This document shows positions 30,641-44,395 of a stretch of DNA of 64,000 nt, piece by piece (within the stretch, counting starts at the first letter, position 1; the number at the start of each line of letters is the position of its first letter). This DNA is from the human T2T-CHM13v2.0 reference genome, Homo sapiens: NCBI RefSeq assembly GCF_009914755.1, contig NC_060927.1. One strand, written 5' to 3'. The notes beneath the pieces are model-generated. The model was not told the DNA's origin. It saw only the letters and a list, made by a program, of their open reading frames with translations, and made no database searches. A program made the translations under genes and the position numbers.

Positions 30641-33600
30641 AGTATGAAATTTTCTATTGCTCTATAGTTTCAGCAGTCTTATTCTCAGTTTTATAGGTAG
30701 AGGTGCTTAAAATTTTTAATTAAAAAGAAACAAAACTTAAAAAGAAATCCATGATCATAGGCTGGGAGGGAGAGTTGAAAGAGGTGGCTTGGGAGGAGAA
30801 GGAAAGAATGATTAGAAACTTAGAAGTCAGAGAACACCCAACTTTTTTTTTTGTCACAGTGTTTGGAAAACTTAAGTTTGTATTTGAAATAGAATATATG
30901 TTGCCCAGCAGATCCCGATTCATTAAAAATTTGAATTTGAGCTTCTCTCTATCATGATAATGCTTGCCTCCATGTCATCTGATTTCCAGAGACTACGTAT
31001 CTGAGAGGATGTCACTTAAGGGCTTTAACTGAATGATACCAGGGGCTTTGCAGATTGATAAGGCATGGTGTGGGGAAGAAAAGTAGAGATAAGCCTATTT
31101 AAAAAAAATTTCTATGTCTTTTTATCTGGCTTGTGATGCCAGTGAAAGTAAGGTGGCTATCTGGCATGTACACAGATTGGTTGTTGGAGAGCCTTCATGA
31201 TTTTCCATTATTCATTTCCTTTAGACAGCTCCTTTAGTAACTTAGGTACATCCCACCTTCCCCCACCAAGACACAATCAGTAAACTGATTAGAATTATAG
31301 TTTTATGGAAAAAATACACTTCATTTATTCTAATTTTTGATTTTAAATTTTAGTTTTAAGAAACAAACCTTTTAAAGTTGAATACTAGAAAACTAAAATT
31401 GTGCTGCTCTTAAGTTAAACATTTTTGACTGAAAAATTCTAATATATAAACTAAGGAGGGGTTAATTTACGTTAGCATAGAACTCCCTTTCATTTACCTT
31501 CTTTGAATCCTTCCATGTCTTCAGAAGGGAAAAAAGCTAGAAAGTTTGTAAAATATTAATATGCTTTATAATGCTTTCTACCTGCTAAAATGTATGAATC
31601 TTAGAGTGAGATCCTGATGCAGACTTGTGTGTTCAAAGGATCATGCTATTTTTTCCTTTGTACTTAGAATTAAGCTTGAGTGCAGCAAATGTATAAAATC
31701 ACAAGTAGAGTGTGGGTTGTGTTTTGAAGTCTTTAATAATTATTTTCTATTTTATAAAAAATAAAATAGAAAGTTATTCAAGATATTTCAGGATACTATT
31801 TTATATTGTGAGCATTTGTACTTTTTGTGAAATTTTATTTTTCTAATGTTGATTGTGATTTGAGACTATTATATAAACAAAGATTGACAAAGACAAAGTT
31901 GCAATTTTTCATAGTATTAATATTTTAGCAGAATAATTTTTGTACTTGCTTAAGGAAGAGGAAAAACTTTTTTTATTTTTCTCTCATTCTTTAAAAACAA
32001 AAACAAAAAAATGTGAGCTAATGTAAGCAGTTTCAGTTTTCTAGGAAAACAAAGGCTTTCGTGTACATGCTTCTGATAGTAGACGGTGTGACCATATCAT
32101 GTATGCGTTCTTAATAATGTCTGACATTATCAGATTGATTAACTCAGCATAGAACCTAATCAGATTTAACTATGGTTGGCAGCTGTACACTAGAAGAATA
32201 GTAATATAGTGGGAGAATAAAATCAGTTTTTTAAGAAGCTGCATTAAATACAAAACTAAAAAAAATTAAAAGTGTTCATTATCTCACAGTGACATATAAA
32301 GCTATTGTGTTCACACAGTGGCTTTCTTAAATCCATGCTGACTTATATTTTCAAAGATCGGCTACTGCCAGATGCTAGACATGCTGATAATAAGATTTTC
32401 ATTTGATAATTTGATGGTGTAGGTTTCAGGCAGTTATGATTTCCTGCAGGCTTCAAGGGTCAACGTTTGTATCTACATACTGTGTTTACTGTGTAAACCT
32501 CATAGACTATCTAACTCTAAGAACTAGAGCCAAAACCACTGCTTACTTTTTCTGGGATCAACGTAAGTATTTCTCTAAGAAATAGGTCATTGCAAAGTAA
32601 TCATTTCTCCTTTGTTTTTTAAAAAACGTAATCATGAAAAGTTAATAAATGATAAGAAAGAGTCCTAAATTAGGGGGCTATAAATTAATTTTAATTCTTC
32701 TATTAACTGTAACCTGGGCCTTAGGATTTAATTAGATTCAGTCACTAAATGTTTAGTGAATGCTTACTATGTGAAGGCTGTTCTGGGCTCTAAGGCTATG
32801 TTAGTGACCCAAACAGTAAAGATATTGGTGCCATTCAAAGCACTTTTTTGATGTGCTGAGAATCCCTATTGAGGATAACAGTCAATAGTTAATTACATAA
32901 GCTTTGAGGACTGATTTCTAGACTAGTGAGAAATAGCCATGACAAAAACAGTCTCACTTGCGTAAATTATTTGCACAATATTTTTCTCTTCTTGGGCGTG
33001 ATACCCATTTTAGTCAGTGTTCTAAAGCTATTAAACTAATAAAACTCAAGTGAATAGTCAAATATCCAGTCGGCTTTTATGATTTGGGATTAAAGTAACA
33101 AAAATAGCTGATAAATGAGTGGAAAATGTATGCAAATAGAATGGATCAATTGTTACCTTCTGGGAAAAGAGAATAACTGCTTTTCAGAGAGCAATTTTCT
33201 AAATCAACACTCATCAAAGTATACTTAGATCCCTTGCATATTAACACATAATTAAGTTATGTATGTATGAAAAACAGTATTTATTAAGTTTTTCCTATTA
33301 CTTAAGATTTCTAATTTAATTAAGTACACCGTCATCTCTGACTAGTTTACTTAATCCAGAAAATTAAGAAATATATTTAATTCAGGAAAAAGGAACAATT
33401 GCTGCCATTTTATGGTATATTAACCCCAACAGGTCTTCATTGTAAGACAATATAATTTCTGAAGGTTTGGTAAGTGCTTGAAGTTTTGAAATTAGATAAC
33501 TTTCTTTAAACTCTAGTCTTGCATAAGAGTAAAAATATTACAGATTCCAGAAGAGTTACTTTGAGGAGTTTTAAATGCCAGCAAGGAGGTGCTTATAATA

Positions 33601-34284
33601 AACATATCTATTTAACTATCATTGTAGCTTTATTTTAATGTATAATATATCTGGGATATGTTGTGGGTCCACAGAAGTATTTGTTGAATTGAATTAAATG
33701 TATGCTTCCTAAATGTACCTTTCAAAACGTATTGAGCAATCATGTAACTACATTAAATTATAAACTAATAAAATGATCAGTATTAATGAAATTTGAAACC
33801 AATTTAGAATAATAAAAAGAATTGATTCATGGTAGAATTCAGCAATACATTTTGCATAAGCACATTATGAAAACCTAAGTTTCCAAACCTCGGCAGTAAA
33901 AAACCAGTCATAGCAAATTATTAGATGTGATTTATGACTTATTGATAGCATTAGGATAGCAGTCACATGTTCATTTTCCAGTTTTTTTTAATAATTTGAT
34001 AATTTTAAAAGGATACTAAATTATCCCTTCTTTACTGTTCTTAGAATTTATGTTCATTTTACTGATGAGGTCTTGAGTCATCGTGTAATGTTTTAAAGGT
34101 AAAAAGTTGGGTAGAATAATCTTACCATGTAACTTATTTTTTGTTGTTGTAATAAACATGGTTTTAAAACAGTTGTCACTGTTTATAATTGTATCATTCA
34201 TTAATTTTCAGGTAATAAATGGACAGATTTGGCTTAGTAGTTGAGGCGTGATTTCAGGGACTGCTTACCCTGCTTTCTTCAGTA

Positions 34285-35004
34285 TGTTAAAAAATGAATG
34301 TGAGATCTACCGGAGGAAGGAGAAAGGAAAAAAACCTTTATTTTCCAAGTTAGCAATCTGCAGTTTTGGGAAACCTAGCTTCTGGGGAAACTGAAAGCAC
34401 ACACTTGGCTGAAGGGAGGGAAATAGCAGCATTTAAGCCTTCCAGGGTCTGTCTTACATATTCATCAGATTTGGGGAATGTCTGTGAATGTTTACAGGGA
34501 AAGTCAAATGCATGTCCAGATATAACATTAATATAACATACATTCTATATTCACTTTGGGGTGGGGTTTTAACATTAAAATGAGGAGGAATTTGGTTCTT
34601 TGCATCAAAAGGTGAACTATAAGGGACAAAGATGTTTTATGTGCCATCTCTGTAAGCCAGCTGGAACCAGCTTAGGGTCTATAGCTGCTTATCAGGAGAG
34701 AATATTTGTAAAGCTGGTGTTTTCTCTAATCAGTGCTGTTGGCTGGACCCCCAAGGTGGGGGTGTTCTTGTTAGCTAGTGTCATGTGGTCTACCAGAGTC
34801 AGTTGGATAATGTTTTCCTAGAATGAGCTTCTGCTTAACTGCAGGAAGAAAACCTTATGGCAATGAACAAACCTTATAGTAGTTAACAGTGTAGGCATAC
34901 ATGACCAAACTCTTTTCCCTGCTCTGGCCACTTAATTTTCTCTGAGGGTCTCATCTTAGCCACAGAGCCCATCTTGTCTGTCATCTAGGGGTACATTGTT
35001 GACA
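34285..35004 (-). mobile_element. ERV1 MER4-group solo LTR (subfamily uncertain)
   Basis: TG...CA termini, tttatt near the left end, and the motif ttcactttggggtggggttttaacattaaaatgagg typical of MER4-group LTRs. Confidence 0.65.
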
Positions 35005-35876
35005 GTTACCTTTGTTACCATTCACCAATGCTTAAGATCAATTAATAGTAGACATTGTCTCTCATTCACCTATTAGGCCATACATTCAAATAAGCATGGG
35101 AGAGAAAACACATTTGACTTATTACCACGGTAAGGTTCAAATTACTGATATCACATTCTTTTTTGAGGAAGCTTTTATAGAGAAGAAACACTGTAGGTTA
35201 GGATGGGAGTTGTAGCAAAGGTAGGCTGTGGGTACCAAAGATAACTAACCTATAATAACCTATTTTGGGGAAGTGTTTTTATTAACCCTTTTATTTGTGA
35301 CTCTTTTTTGGTATTCAGAATTGCACCCCTTAGTGTAATTTTTAGTGGTGAGAGTCTTAAGAGTACTAGTATTCTTTGGGAAACAAATGTTGCACATATG
35401 GCATCATCTTTCTTCCTCCTACAGAGAAGTGTTGACATGGATCAGGATCACACTGGTGCCACTTTAACTGGAAAGTTTTGAGGGATTGTGAATGGTGCTA
35501 GAGGTGGCCACACAATCTTTTTGGTCCTTCTTTGTTCACATTTTGCCTTCTTTTTTCCCATCCGTGGCTGGCAGTTGACAGTGTTGAGGTTGTCCTTTAC
35601 TTGGGAAGCCTGTTGACCCAACAGCAACCCTGATGACCCAGTTGTCTTACTCACTCAGAAATGGTGCCTTCTTTTGGTGGCATTTGCCATAATTGTCCTA
35701 ATAACTGTGCTTGTCACAAAACCCAATGCTTGGGCTCAGTAAATATTTATTGACTAAAGGAATGAGTACTGGAGACTAGCCTCTATGTTTCTTACTCACT
35801 TCTGTTTTTACTGATTCTGCTTTTTTCCATGAATGTTGCCTTCTCTCGTGTTTCACATTCAGAATTTTCTTAGAGA

Positions 35877-36232
35877 ATATCTTAGTTTGGGCTGCTGTAA
35901 CAGAATAAGTCTGGGTGGCTTAAACAGCATTTATTTCTCACAACTCAGGAGATTGGGAAGTCCAAGATCAAAGTGCTGGCAGACCTGGTGTCTGGTGAGA
36001 GCACTGTTCCTAGTTTGCAGACAGTCTTCTCATTGTATCCTCACTTGCTGGAGAAAGAAAGACCTTGTGTCTCTTCTTTTATAATAGCACTAATCCCATC
36101 GTCAGGGACCCACCCTCATGACCTAATATAACCTCAGTTACTTCCAAATGGCCTCACCTCCAAATTCTGTAACACTGGGGACTTGAGTTGCAATATATGA
36201 ATTTTAGGGAGACAAATATTCAGTCAGTAGCA
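35877..36232 (-). mobile_element. MLT1A-like MaLR LTR
   Basis: cttagtttgggctgctgtaaca...gggaagtccaagatcaaagtgctggcaga...aaatattcagtcagtagca. Confidence 0.85.
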
Positions 36233-36388
36233 GAGGTAACACTTACGTTAGTGAGGAAGAATTTTTAAAGATTTCATGTTTGTTTTAGATATAACTACTT
36301 AAAATACATGGGAATGTTTCTGTAATATAAAAAAATGCCATTGTAGTTCCATATTCATAAAGTGAAACACTTTATAAAGAAATAACGT

Positions 36389-36685
36389 GGCTGGGCACTG
36401 TGGCTTATGCCTGTAATACCAGCATTTTGAGAGGCTGAGACGAAGGATTGCTTGAAGCCAGAAGTTTGAGACCAGCCTGGGCAGCAAAGCAAGAACTTGT
36501 CTCTACAAAAAATAAAATAAAATAAATTAGTTGGGCCCAGTGGCATGTGCCTGTAGTCCCAACTATTCTGAGAGGCTGAGGTGGGAGGATTGCCTGAGCC
36601 CAGGAGTTGTAGGCTGCAGTGAGCTGTGATGGCACCACTGCATTCCAGCCTGGGTGACATAGCAAGATCCTGTCTGTTTAAAAAA
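36389..36685 (+). mobile_element. AluJ
   Basis: Full Alu dimer. Confidence 0.88.
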
Positions 36686-36944
36686 GAAGGAGAAGGAGGA
36701 GAAACATGTTTTTCTTAAACTTTCTTTAATTTGGTTTTATGTTAATGTTAAGAATAAATAACCAGTAAATAATCTTGTAAATAGAAAATACTATTTCTGA
36801 GAATTTCATTCGCAGTAATATTAGAAATCTATTACATCTCTTAGAAATATGATATACAAAATAGTTTGAATTATTGTTATTGAAGAGGATGTATGCCAGA
36901 TTTTCAAGAGTAGGTTTATTGTTTGTTTATGAAATAAAACATCA

Positions 36945-37170
36945 ACTGCCATTTATTAAATACTTTCTTTGTGCCACAAAGAGTTTTGAATGCAATTTCA
37001 GTCTAGTCCTCAAAATCATCCTAAAAGATTGGAGGATTATGTAAATTTTGCAAATGAAACTTGGCTTTTGAAATTTGGTCACTTACTCTCAAAGCTTTAT
37101 AACCAGCAAGGGGCAAGGGCTGAGACTTGAACTCATCTCCGTCTTATTCCAAAGCCCAGCCCTTTCGTCT
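36945..37170 (+). mobile_element. MIR SINE
   Basis: ctgccatttattaaatactttctttgtgcc...gctgagacttgaactc...ccaaagccc. Confidence 0.6.
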
Positions 37171-38491
37171 CTTCTGTATTAAATTCCCATTCCTACATAT
37201 GGATGGCCACATTGCAGTGAATACAGTTGGAAAATAATATCAGTATTGGAGCCTCTGGGAAATTTTGTTTTGCTACATTGCATTTATGAGCTTTCATCCA
37301 GGTCCTTCTGTATTCCCTGTATAGTTGGCGCTGGATGAATGTTTATTATTAATATAATGAATACATATAGCCATTCCTTTAATGACACAGTCTTACCTGC
37401 TAATAAAATTGTGTATCAGTTTCTATCTTATTATGCATGATTTTCCTTGCTCTTCTCTCAGCAGATTATGATTTTTAATAAAAGCAAAGCACACACACAA
37501 AATTCTTGTGTTGGTAGCTGATAAATTTAATAGGACCTTTTAGGAGACAAATACTCCAGCAAGTTTGTATTCACTTTATCTGAGTTGAAAATAAAATTGC
37601 TTTGTATGCTTTAGAGTAATACTACATTTGATTGTCCTGTGCCTTGTATTCTGCAGTTTGACATTTAGAGCTTTTCGTCTTTCAGGATACAAATTCTATT
37701 TTGATATGCCAACAAAATGATTTAAAAACTAAATCGAAGTTTAAAAAAATACTGTCAGTATATTGTCAAAACCGGAGAATATGAAGTAAACTTGGTTCAA
37801 CTTTTTATACTAGATACACGTTACACAGAACATGTAACATTCTTTTGTAGAAGCCAGAGCAAAAATACCCACAGTGAATTAATTTGGTAATGAACTAGGT
37901 TAATTTGTAGAGAAAAGGCTTAGGTCAGGGTGAGATTTGGAGGTATAGGATATCATAGTAACATAAACCTATCAAAACATGCAGAACATGGAGAGCACTA
38001 AAATTCATTAAAAAAATCAGATTGAGTGATAATATAATGATAACTTTAGGAAATTGATAGAAACTAAACTTGAGCCCCAGTGACTCCAGAGATAGTCTTT
38101 AAACTGTTCAGGACAGCTAGAACAGGTTGGTTTTCTGATTAAAATTCTTATCTAAGGAGAAGTTGATAAATGCTACCTTCCTGCACTTGCTCCTGTAAGT
38201 TCAGGTTAGTAGGTGATGTCCCAAAGTGCCCTGAAGGCAACCAGTAAAAAACTTTTTTTTTTTCATGTAGAAAATTTGGAACTTGGTGACTCTACAGATG
38301 AAATTCAGGCTCTGAAAAGTGCTCACTTGCTCTCAAAATTTATAATGAGCAAGGAGGGAAGACTTGAAGCGTGAACCCACTTACATATTACTCTAAAACT
38401 CATGCTATTTCCTCTGTATTGTGTGAGATCAAAACAAATGCCATATCATACACGTATGCAAGCTTTCAGAAATTTAGGTCGGTGGTTCTCT

Positions 38492-38809
38492 GACCAAGCA
38501 CAGTGGTTCACGCCTGTAATCCCAGCACTTTGGGAGGCCGAGGTGGGATCGCTTGAGCTCAGGAGTTCGAGCCTGAGCAACGTAGTGAGGCCCTATCTCT
38601 ACAGAAAATTTTAAAATTAGCTGGGCATGGTGGCACACACTTATAGTCTCAGCAGATGTGTGCCACCACACTCAGCGAATAATTTTGTATTAGCTGGTGG
38701 AGGATCGCTTGAGCCCGGGAAATCAAGGATGCAGTGAGCCATGATCACAGCACTGCAATCCAGCCTGGGTGACAGAGCAAGACCCTGTCTCAAAACAAAA
38801 CAAAACAAA
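38492..38809 (+). mobile_element. AluJ carrying an internal inverted Alu segment
   Basis: Alu dimer with a (CAAAA)n tail; antisense Alu sequence at ~38656-38691. Confidence 0.85.
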
Positions 38810-38980
38810 GCCTTCTCAAAAGTGTGCTCTCCAGAGGTCACGTGGGAGGTTGTTACAAATGCAGATTACCAGGCTCCATTTCACACCCACTGACAAAGAA
38901 ACTTCGGGGTGGGGCCAACAGTGTTTAAAAGGCCCTGTCCTTGATTCTGATATGTGCACAAGTTTGAGAACCACTGCTTT
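38810..38980. mobile_element. MER5A (hAT-Charlie MITE)
   Basis: ttctcaaaagtgtg...aaatgcagatt...gattctgatatg...aagtttgagaaccactg. Confidence 0.75.
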
Positions 38981-39720
38981 AGATACTTTTGCAGTTTGAA
39001 AAAGAATATGGATAAGAGGGCCTCTGAACAATGTAGTTGTTTTCCTACATAGAGCAATTTGGCCATGTTAGGAATAAACCCATTTTGTGAGTAATTAATT
39101 ATAGCTTAGGTGCAGTCTAACTTAATATTTTTACTTCAATTCCAATCTCCTTTAGGGATTTTTTTTTAACTACTAAATTTGGTCAAAATTTGACTTGTCT
39201 CCCTATAATCTATAATATTTCTATTCTAGATTAGCCATGTTGAGGGAAATAAAATTTGGGTAAATATTGCATAATATTTATATTATTGAAGAGACAATTT
39301 TTTACCTTAAAGAGAAGGCACAGTATTTAATTTTAATAAATTATATGTGATTTTTAAAAATGTAAAGACTCTTTTTGGCCTTATTTGAGCTCATAAAATA
39401 TTTGGACAGTTATCATGAGAGTTTGCTAAAATAACGTAAGGTGATCTTATTCTTTCCCATTGTTTTGACTAATTGTTGGTAAAGAATCTTTCTTTGGGGA
39501 GCACTCCCCAAGGCAACTTGGAAGTGTGTCCTGGGCCGCAGTTATCATTATTATTATGATTATTATTTTTTAAAAAAGAATCTTTGAAATGACTGGTTAC
39601 TTGATGGTATTAAAGAATTAATATCATACATGTCTGTGTGAGGTGGGGGATGATACCTTGGGGATGTTTAATGGGGGAGTATTTGTCTTTTAAAGAAGAT
39701 TCTCATTTCATTCATAAATT

Positions 39721-42700
39721 TTGTTTTGGTGGGTACATAGTAGGTGGTGATTATATATATATATTTAGGAATACAATGTATAAGATATAGGTACACAATG
39801 TATAATAATCACATCAGAGTAAATATGGTATCCATCACTTGAAGCATTTATCCTTTGTGTTTCAAGTAATCCAGTTGTACTCCCTGAGGTCTGTTCTAAA
39901 TTTATAATTATTACTGACTGTAGCCACCCTGTTGTTCTATCAAATACTAGATCTTATTCATTTTTTTTTTCATTTTTCTATAGCTTCTTGTTGGAAAAAA
40001 AAAAATATATATATATATTTATATATTTACCTGTTAACCATCTCCACTCCCCCCACCCCATGCCTCCCACTACTCTCCCTAGCTTCTGGTAACCATCTTT
40101 CTACGCTCTGCCTCTATGAACTCAATTGTTTAATTTTTAGCTCCTACAAATAAGTGAGAACAGACAAAAGTTTGTCTTTCTTTGCCTCATTTATTTCACT
40201 TAACATAATGACTTTGAGTTCCATCCATGTTGTTGCAAATGACTGGATCCCATTCTTCTTTTATGGCTGAATAGTATTCCGTTGTGTATGTGTCCATTTT
40301 CTTTATCCACTTGTCTATTGATGAACAGTTAGGTTGCTTCCAAATCTTTGCTATCGTGAATAGTGCTGCAATAAACGTGGGAATGCAGATATCTCTTTGA
40401 TAAATTGATTCCTTTCTTTTGGGTATACTTAGCAGTGGGATTGCTGGATCATATGGTAGCCCAATTTTTAATTTTTTGAGCAACCTCCAAACTGTTCTCT
40501 GTAGTGGTTGTACTAATTTATGTTCCCACCAACAGTGTACAAGGATTTTCTTTTCTCAGCATCCTCCTCAGCATTTGTTATTGCCTGTCTTTGGATAAAA
40601 GTCATTTTAACTGGGGTGAGATGATACTTTATTGTCGTTTTGATTTGAATTTTGCTGATATTCAGTGATGTTGAGCACTCTTTCATATGGCTGTTTGCCA
40701 TTTGTATGTCTTCTTTTGAGAGACATCTATTCAGATCTTTTATCCCCCACCCTGCTTTTCTTTTTGAGACATAGCTTTGTCATCCAGGCAGGTGTGCAGT
40801 GGCTCTCACTGCAACCTCTGCCTTTTGGGTTCAAGCGATTCTGTTTCTCAGCCACTCGAATAGCTAGGAGGATTACAGGCACCCACCACCACATCTAGCT
40901 AATTTATGTTATTTTTTAGTCAAGAGGGGTTTCACCATGTAGGCCCAGCTGGTCTCAAATTCTTGACTTCAAGTGATCTGCCCACCTCGGCCTCCCAAAG
41001 TGCTGGGATTACAGAAATGAGCCACTGTGGATGGCCCTTTTGCCCATTTTAAAATTAGATGATTAAGCTTTTTTTTATTTATAGAATTGTTTTAGTTCCT
41101 TATATATTCTGGTAATCCCTTGTAGAGTGGATAGTTTGCAGATGTAATCTCCCATTCTGTGGGTTGTCTCTTCATTTGTTGACTGTTTCCTTTTTGGTGT
41201 AGAAGCTTTATAATTTGATGTGATTCCATTTGCCCATTTTTGCTTTAGTTTCTTATGCTTTCTGGGTATTACTCAGGAAATCTTTGCTCAGTCCAGTGTC
41301 CTGGAGAGTTTCCCCAATGTTTTATTTTTCATGGTATAATAGTTTCATTTTGATTTGAGTTTTGTATATGGTGAGAGATAGGGGTCTAGTTTCAGTCTTC
41401 TGCATATGGACATCCAGTTTTCCTAGAACCATTTATTGAAGAGACTGTCCTTTCTTCAGTGTATGTTCTTGGCACCTTTGTCAAAAATGAGTTCACTGTA
41501 GATGTACAATTTGTTTCTGGATTCTCTATTTTGTTTCATTGGTGTGTGTGTCTGTTTTTTATACCAGTTCAATGGTGTTTTGGTTACCAGAGCTCTGTAG
41601 TATAATTTGAAGTCAGGTAATATGATTTATTCAGTTTTGTTGCTTTTGCTTAGAATAGCTTTGGCTATTCGGGGTCTTTTGTGGTTCCATACACATTTTA
41701 GGATTACTTTTTCTGTTTCTGTGGAGAATGTCGTTGGTATTTTGATAGAGAATGCATTTAATCTGTAGATTGCCTTCAGTAGTATGGACGTTTTAACAGT
41801 ATTGATTCTTCCAATCAATACTGTTTTTTTGGTGTGTATGTGTCCTTTTCAGTTTATTTCACCAGTGTTTTGTAGTTTTTATTGTAGAGAGCTTTCACTT
41901 CTTAGATTAAGCTAATTTGTAGGTATTTAATTTTATCTGTTGCTATTGTAAATAGAATTACACTTTTAATTTCTTTTTCAGATTGTTTGCTGTTGGCATA
42001 TGGAGATGCTTTTATAGTGGTGAAAGTGGGTATCCTTTTTATGTTCCAGATCTTAGAGGAAAGTCTTTCAGTTTTTCCCCATTCAGTATGATACTAACTG
42101 TGGGTCTGTCATATATAGCTTTTATTATGTTGAGGTGTATTCCTTCTGTACTCAGTTTTTTGATGGTTTTTATCATGAAGGGATGTTGAATTTTATCAAA
42201 TGCTTTTTCAGCAATGATCATATGGTTTTTGTCCTTCAATCTGTTGGTATTATGTATCACACTGATTGATTTGCATATATTGAACCATCCTTGCATCCCT
42301 GGGATAAATTCCACTTGGCCATGATAAAATGATCTTTTAAAATGTGTTGTTGAATTTGGTTCGCTAGTATTTTGTTGAAGATTTTTGCATTAGTGATCAT
42401 TAAGGATACTGGCCTGTAGTTTGCATTTTTTGGTGTGCCTTTATCTGGTTTTGACATCAGGGTGATAATGGCCTCACGGAATGAATTGGGAAGTATTCCC
42501 TTCTCTTCTCTTTTTTAGAACAGTTTGAGTAGGATTGATAGTAATTCTTTAAATGTTTGATAAAATTCGGCCTTGAAGCCATCAGGTTCTGGGGTTTTCT
42601 TTGCTAGGAGACTTTTTATTATGGATTTGATGTCATTACTTGTTACTGGTCTGTTCAGGTTTTGGATTTCTTCATGGTTCAATTTTGGTAGGTTGTATGT

Positions 42701-44186
42701 GTCTAGGAAATCATCTGTTTCTTCTAGGTTTTCAGATGGATTGGCATATCTTTGCTCATAGTGCCCCTAATGATCCTTTGGATTTCTGCAGTGTTGGTTG
42801 TAATGTCTCTCTCTTTTTTTTTTTTTTTACATCTCTGATTTTATTCATTTGGGTGTTTTCTCTTTTTTTCTTAGTTCACCTGGCTAAAGACTTGTCAATT
42901 TTCTTTCTCTTTTCTAAAAACACACAGTTTTGTTGCTCTCGTATTTTCTTTATTTTGATTTCATTTATTTCTGCTCTGATCTTTATAATTTCTTTTCTTC
43001 TACTGACTTTGGGTTTGGTTTGCTCTTGCTTTTCTGGTTCTTTAAAATGCATCATTAGGTTGTTTATTTGAAGTTTTTCTTTTTTGATGCAGGCACTTGG
43101 AAGTATAAGCATCTGTCTTAGTACTGCTTTTGCTACATCCTATAGGTTTTGCTATGTTGTTTTTCCATTATCATTTGTTCCAAGAAATTTTTCAGTTTCC
43201 TTCTTAATTTCTTCATTGACCCACTGAGCATATGGTTTAATTTGCATACGTTTGTATAGTTTTGAAAATTCTTCTCGTTATTGAGCTCTAGTTTTATTCC
43301 ATTCTGGCTAGAAAAGATACTTGACATTATTTCAGTTTTTTAAAATGTTTTGAGACTTGTTTTGTGGCCTAATATATAGTCTATCCTTGGGAATGATTCA
43401 TGTGCTGAGGAGAAAAATGTGTATTCTGCAGCCGTGGGACAAAATGTTCTGTAAATATCTATTAGGTCCATTTTGTCTACAGTGCTGATTAAGTCTGATT
43501 TTTCTTTGTTGACTTTCTGTCTAGATGATCTGTCCAGTGCTGAAACTGGGATGTTGAAGTCTCCAGCTATTATTGTATTGGGATCTATCTTTCTCTTTAG
43601 CTCAACAATATTTGCTGTATATATCTGGGTGCTCCAGTTTTGGCTGCACATATATTTATGTTATATCCTCTTGCTGAATTGACCCTTTATCATTATATTA
43701 TGACCTTCATTGTCTCTTTATAGTTTTTGTTTTGAAATCTATTTTGTCTGTATAGCTGCTCATGCTTTTTAGCTGGTATTCTTTGCACACATATCTTACA
43801 ATGTAAAAAAAAAAACTTCTCTGAGCAAAAGCAATTTGACACTTCATAACGTCTAGAAATATTTTTTCAAATGTGATGTATGAATAGGAAGTAGCATACA
43901 AAAACAAATTACTGTGCTATCCCTCCCCCAAGAATACATATTCTCTCTTCACACCACGTGGCTGCTGCTGGGGCATGGGGGAGGGGTGGCATTGGCAGTT
44001 CAAGACTGTCCTACCCTCTTCAGTGACTCTTTTAGCAATATGAAGTTAAAAACCAGGTACTGTTACCACTCACCTGATGTTTAATTCTCATGAAGATGCT
44101 TTTTTGTGTAGATAGTTGTCAAATGTGATCTTCCTGCAGGGAGGACAATTGGTGGAGGCTTCTATTTGGCCAACTTGCTCCTCCTC
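39721..44186 (-). mobile_element. L1MA2/3-like element with both ends preserved and large internal deletions
   Basis: 3'UTR motif gggtacatagtagg; ORF2 fragments on the minus strand; 5' end ttctatttggccaacttgctcctcctc. TSD tcattcataaat (39708) / tcatttgtaaat (44185), which differ only by CpG decay. Confidence 0.9.
40760..41030 (-). mobile_element. Alu (J/S) inserted in L1MA
   Basis: Alu dimer interrupting L1 ORF2 sequence. Confidence 0.85.
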
Positions 44187-44395
44187 ATTTGTAAATATTT
44201 CAGTGGGTACCTGTGATTTGCTTTGAAGTACAGTAATTGGAGAAAGGGTAATGAGAGTTAACAAATACGGCTAAAGTGGAAACGTGGTCAGTCTTGAGCT
44301 GATTATTGTTGAAGCTGAATGAGGGATTTATAAAGGTCTGTTATGCTTTTCTTTCTAAGAGTTTGCTTGAAATCTTTTATACTTTAAAGTTGAGA
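44187..44395 (+). mobile_element. Old L1ME/L1MC 3' end, split by the L1MA insertion (other part ~39586-39710)
   Basis: gattattgttgaagctgaatgaggg...gttatgc...gcttgaaatc...aaag resembles the L1ME 3' terminus. Confidence 0.55.

Noticed and set aside
34195-34220. Second AG|GT recursive-type site (ttttcAG|GTAAT)
   Set aside because: Short pyrimidine tract, weaker donor and no clear downstream RS-exon donor; expected by chance in AT-rich DNA.
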